Below are positions 60,655 to 64,000 of a stretch of DNA of 64,000 bases, one piece after another. The position numbers were made by a program, and so were the translations under genes. Location of the stretch: contig NW_003314291.1 of the NCBI RefSeq assembly GCF_000143415.4, forward strand, positions 1,282,517-1,346,516, read 5' to 3'. The stretch's first letter is position 1. Every line of letters starts with the position of its first letter. This DNA comes from Selaginella moellendorffii (taxonomy: Eukaryota > Plantae > Lycopodiophyta). Under the pieces are notes generated by a model that saw only the letters and a list, made by a program, of their open reading frames with translations, searched no databases and had not been told where the DNA came from.

Positions 60655-63600
60655 TCAGACTGTTATTTTTTGCCTCCAACGCCTATACAATAATCTTGGA
60701 ATTTCATCACTCTCCACACTATCAGGATTTAAACCCAATAGTAATGCCATCTCTTCTCTAATACGTCCACGCTCATGTTCAGTGGTCGAAGAACCCATCC
60801 GGTTGAGCAGATTATGGAGATGCGGATAGTGCTTGGCTAGACAATATACATGCCATAAATGATGACTGGTGTTTGTCCGATCAAATGGCTTCTGATATAC
60901 CGTTCCATCTGCCATTTGGTTGATTTTTGCAGCCACCTCCTGGACTGGCCGGTTCTCTATCACCATCGCTTCAAGCTGTTTTGCAAGGTCCCCCAGAACA
61001 TACGGTTTCTTCTCCCTAGTTTCCATACTGCAAGAGATGGGGTGCACTGCATATGTGTGTGTGTTCGCTGCAATTTTAATCGGCGAGTCATCGATGATGA
61101 GGATTTCACTTGACCTAGCAGTCCGGTTCATCACTACAGCCTCTGGCTTGACGAAGATGGGCTTGCTACCCCTCACATGGACCATAGTCAAGCAATCCTC
61201 CTGCGTTAGGAGAAAGTCAAATGGTAATATTACTCGTGTCTGATCGTGCATCATCTGTAGCAACGTTAATGCATTGTGGCACATCATGGATGTCCAAACT
61301 CCCAATTGCAAATTGAACCCGGCCCTCTGTTTTAAGTGTCGCATGGTTATTATTAAATCCCGCAGTTTCTCCCGTGTGATTAATGTGAATCTGTCTCTTT
61401 TGACCAACTTGCGACCGCAGGCTTTGGAGGGTGCAGTAACATTCGAGGACGAGCCACGCTCATGGGAGAAAAGGACACTGTTCAGATAAAAAATGATACA
61501 GTACTTTCGCCGTGACTCTGAAATGAAATGCGTCAGCATAAAAAATGGTACAAGTCAATTTTACCATCTACAATATTAGCGAATGGTGCTCCCGATGGTC
61601 GTTCAGAGGGTTTTGGTCGAGGAAACGTGAAGGGCGGAAATACTCTCCTCTGCAATGTGGGGTCAATCGCATCCGATGGCGTGTGGGCACATGCCATTTC
61701 AGCTGTAGACTCTGGTACAACTGGCTCAACAGTGGCATGGGGTGGTTCCGATGGCGTGTGATCACACGCCATTTCAGCTGGTGCCTCCGTTGGCAAAGTG
61801 GACATGACTGAACAGGCAGCAGGGGCGGTGTAGGGAGGTTCCAACGGCGCGTAGTCAGACGATTGGGCACACGTTGAGTCCGTTGGAAATGAGGATACGA
61901 CCGGCTCGGCGGCTGGGGCGGCCTTATGCGGGTCCAATGGCGCCTAGTCACCGTCAGTTGGATACGTGGACAAGATTGACTCAGTGGTATGGGCAGCATC
62001 AAGTGGAGCGTGGTCAGCTTGCTTGGCGTTGATATGGATAGTAGCCTCTACCAGCTCTGATGACTCTTGCAGGCAAGTAGAGTCCACTGGCAGATCCATA
62101 TGCATGTCCAAATATCTCCCTTCGATTGAGATGGTATCCTCCCTACTGGCTACTAAAAACAAACTCATTAGCACATTGAATCGACTATACTGTATTTACC
62201 ATCAACTGCTATTGAGGAATTAGGACCGATATCACTTGGGCGCACTGCTGATTCTGAAGGATTGGACATACGTTTCGACCCTTGCTTGGCACTATCCTTC
62301 CTCGACACTAAAGGCTAGAGTTTGTATCTTAATTCAACTGAATAATCTCTACTTACCATTTCTTCTGCGACCTACATGGACAATGTTAGAAATGGTAAAA
62401 GGTTAGGAATGGATGTACTATTATTTACCTGATGGTTTGTCTTGTATGACCTTCCTCCGCTGCTCTTTGGCCACCTCAGGCTGGCCATCGTCGTCATCAT
62501 CATCATCGTCGTTATTGTGATCGTCACCATTGTGAGGACCATCCAAGTCCTCTTCGTCCTCCTCTTCTTCGTCCTCCTCTTCTTTGTCCTCTTCTTCGTC
62601 CTTCTGCTCTTCCTGCTCATTATCTTTCTCTGGCTCCTCATCCCCCTCCTGCATTTCTTCCATAGGCTGCTCAGGCTGGATGGCTTGTTTTTCCAGGACC
62701 ATCTTGGGAAAATCATCTGCCCGAGTCTCCATCTCAAAATACAAGACATCCATAGCCTGTTTCAGTGCTTGACCTAGGACCGTATCCTCACCCGACTGTC
62801 TTAACATGGTTTCTGCACGTTCTTGCACCCTTCGAAGACGACGAGATGAGAAAAACGTGGCCCTAACTTGAAAAGCATCCCTCATCCATTGTACCTCTCC
62901 ATTGAGATTGGGGAAGGGGAGTCCGCCATAGGAATCTGAGTCAGGAGGTGGTGACTGGCTCCTTTCACTCAGCCCTTGATCTGCAATGAATGGCATGAGC
63001 ACATACGCCATAACCGCGAGGCATTACCTATCATCTTTTCGTTGCCCTTCTTCCTTTTCGAATCAAACGCCTCTGATCCCAACGACTGTCCAACGTGCTT
63101 TCGCTTTTTATGACCACTGTCAGTTTGAGCTTGGTTGGTGCTTGCCTGTTTTGCCTTTGAAGAAGTGTCTCCTGCAAGGAATGCCATGAGACCATATGCC
63201 ATTGCAAATATAATTTGTACCTCCTTTTTTCCTATTGCTTGTCTGTTTGTCCTTCTTCGACGTGCCACCAGTGCGCTTTTCAGTCCTCGTGTCTGAATAT
63301 TCACAACGATCTATAATCAAAATGGCGTGAGGCCTCACGTGACCTTACCTTGTGCAGGTTGTGAGCTCGGCCTAACATCAGTAGCTGTTAACGCCGTTTC
63401 AGCATCTGGGGGTGGCCATGCTCCTGCATACAGAGCTTGTGAGATAACATTTAAACTTAAAGTGCGTACTTACCAAAATCGCAGAGAAGATACTGTTTTT
63501 CTTTGGCAACTGTAATTATATGCTCCATTGAAGTCACCTCTTCAATGGAGTTTGTCACTGCAACACACGGGACACCCTTGAGTAGTGCGGCTCGAAAGAA

Positions 63601-64000
63601 TAGTCCGCCGCAGTTGTACTCGACAACGCATTTGCCCTTGGTGTCACCCGCTATTGCGTTGAAGACCCAGCTGAGCATTTCCCATGCTGCACCTGGAGCT
63701 TTCTTTGGATTCGAAAGCTCCATAGCCGTCTTCAGTTCCTCAGGCACGGGTAAATTGACCTCCCTCAGATCAATTTGATCGGCCTTGTCGAACGAAGCTG
63801 GGAAGTCACTCCAGTCCCACTCTGCTGCAGGACCAATAACAAGGGCGAGTGTGAAGATGTGGACATTCGTCGGTATCTTCTTCTTAGCCATTATCCCATG
63901 GATCTCCCGCATCTCCTTGCCTTTCAACCGAGCCTTCACCTCATTCAAGGCCTTCCAGAACTTGTGATAGGATTCGGAGTCGTAGATCATATAGTGGACT
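60655..64000 (-). CDS. Multi-exon gene (5' end outside the window): degenerate DNA amino-methyltransferase-like segment, acidic/low-complexity linker and FCP1/NIF HAD-like domain
   Basis: Putative GT-AG introns 63424-63473, 63293-63348, 63172-63220, 62981-63027; KGKCVVEYNCGG..RAALLKG..CVAV; LGVWTS...QEDC...KPIFVK...ILIIDDSPIK. Confidence 0.6.

Overview
Eukaryotic, transposon-rich plant DNA, probably a non-seed vascular plant. A lycophyte such as Selaginella is inferred from the ~47-56 nt introns but is not proven. The window is dominated by nested Ty3/Gypsy chromoviruses. 'Family A' copies are decayed (1-3805 +, 3806-5859 -, 7109-13473 -); 'family C' has two young full-length copies (13474-21054 +, 48032-55561 -). 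Main finding: the family C integrase is split by two short GT-AG introns (47 and 52 nt) in both copies. Removing them restores YHPQTDGQTER and RKLTSRFAGPY exactly, so making integrase should require splicing, yet the intron-containing genome is what propagates. Both families also carry a candidate 3n+1 intron at the gag/protease junction whose removal would give a Gag-only mRNA. Other content: three 5S-rRNA-bearing Cassandra-like TRIMs, a Merlin/IS1595-type transposase fragment, a GPN1 gene fragment, a secreted bulb-type lectin gene with a pseudogene copy, and relics of a putative large Mutator-like element associated with ParB-like, DNA-methyltransferase-like and FCP1-like ORFs and a 96-bp double-hairpin array. 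All calls come from reading the sequence; no searches were run.
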